From: Akkermansia muciniphila | GTDB taxonomy: Bacteria > Verrucomicrobiota > Verrucomicrobiia > Limisphaerales > UBA9464 | NCBI GenBank assembly: GCA_945860685.1 | Contig: CAMASJ010000003.1 | Coordinates: forward strand, 1-46,160 | Direction of reading: 5' to 3' | Length of the DNA: 46,160 nt | In this document: piece after piece, positions 46,159 to 46,160 of the stretch | Numbering within the stretch: the stretch's first letter is position 1 | Layout: each line of letters begins with the position of its first letter | Notes under the pieces: model-generated | Told to the model about the DNA's origin: nothing | Database searches by the model: none | The model's input: the letters and a program-made list of their open reading frames with translations, nothing else | Program-made: the position numbers and the translations under genes

Positions 46159-46160
46159 CA

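Overview
A high-GC, gene-dense stretch of bacterial chromosome. It is most likely Verrucomicrobiota (Pedosphaera/Limisphaera-like), inferred from a prepilin/H-X9-DG-type protein, a PEP-CTERM protein, a PVC-type heme-binding HEAT protein and a CotH protein. It carries about 47 CDS, mostly housekeeping or metabolic (rpoD cut by the left edge, pgm/pmm, acyP, heptosyltransferase, cobA-hemD, ilvC, larC, dus, tesA, yhbY, rfaE2, iscX, thrS, rluA-family, lysR, folA, infC), plus an MCP, a LytS/LytTR pair, tRNA-Leu(GAG) and tRNA-Pro(CGG). I saw no integrase, transposase, prophage, CRISPR array or rRNA. The most interesting signals missed by the ORF track are: (1) a ~160-200 nt rod-shaped RNA with a central bubble and its own terminator between iscX and thrS (6S-like); (2) a 34-aa highly basic small ORF; (3) a 49-aa membrane micro-protein; (4) repeated sigma70-like promoters only 5-9 nt upstream of start codons (leaderless mRNAs); (5) two degenerate REP-like inverted-repeat elements. 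At the right edge is a translationally coupled pair, a ferric-reductase-like heme-b/Rieske fusion and a membrane-anchored Cys/His protein of unknown function, which is the best candidate for an uncharacterised redox system. All calls come from reading motifs by eye; no database searches were run.
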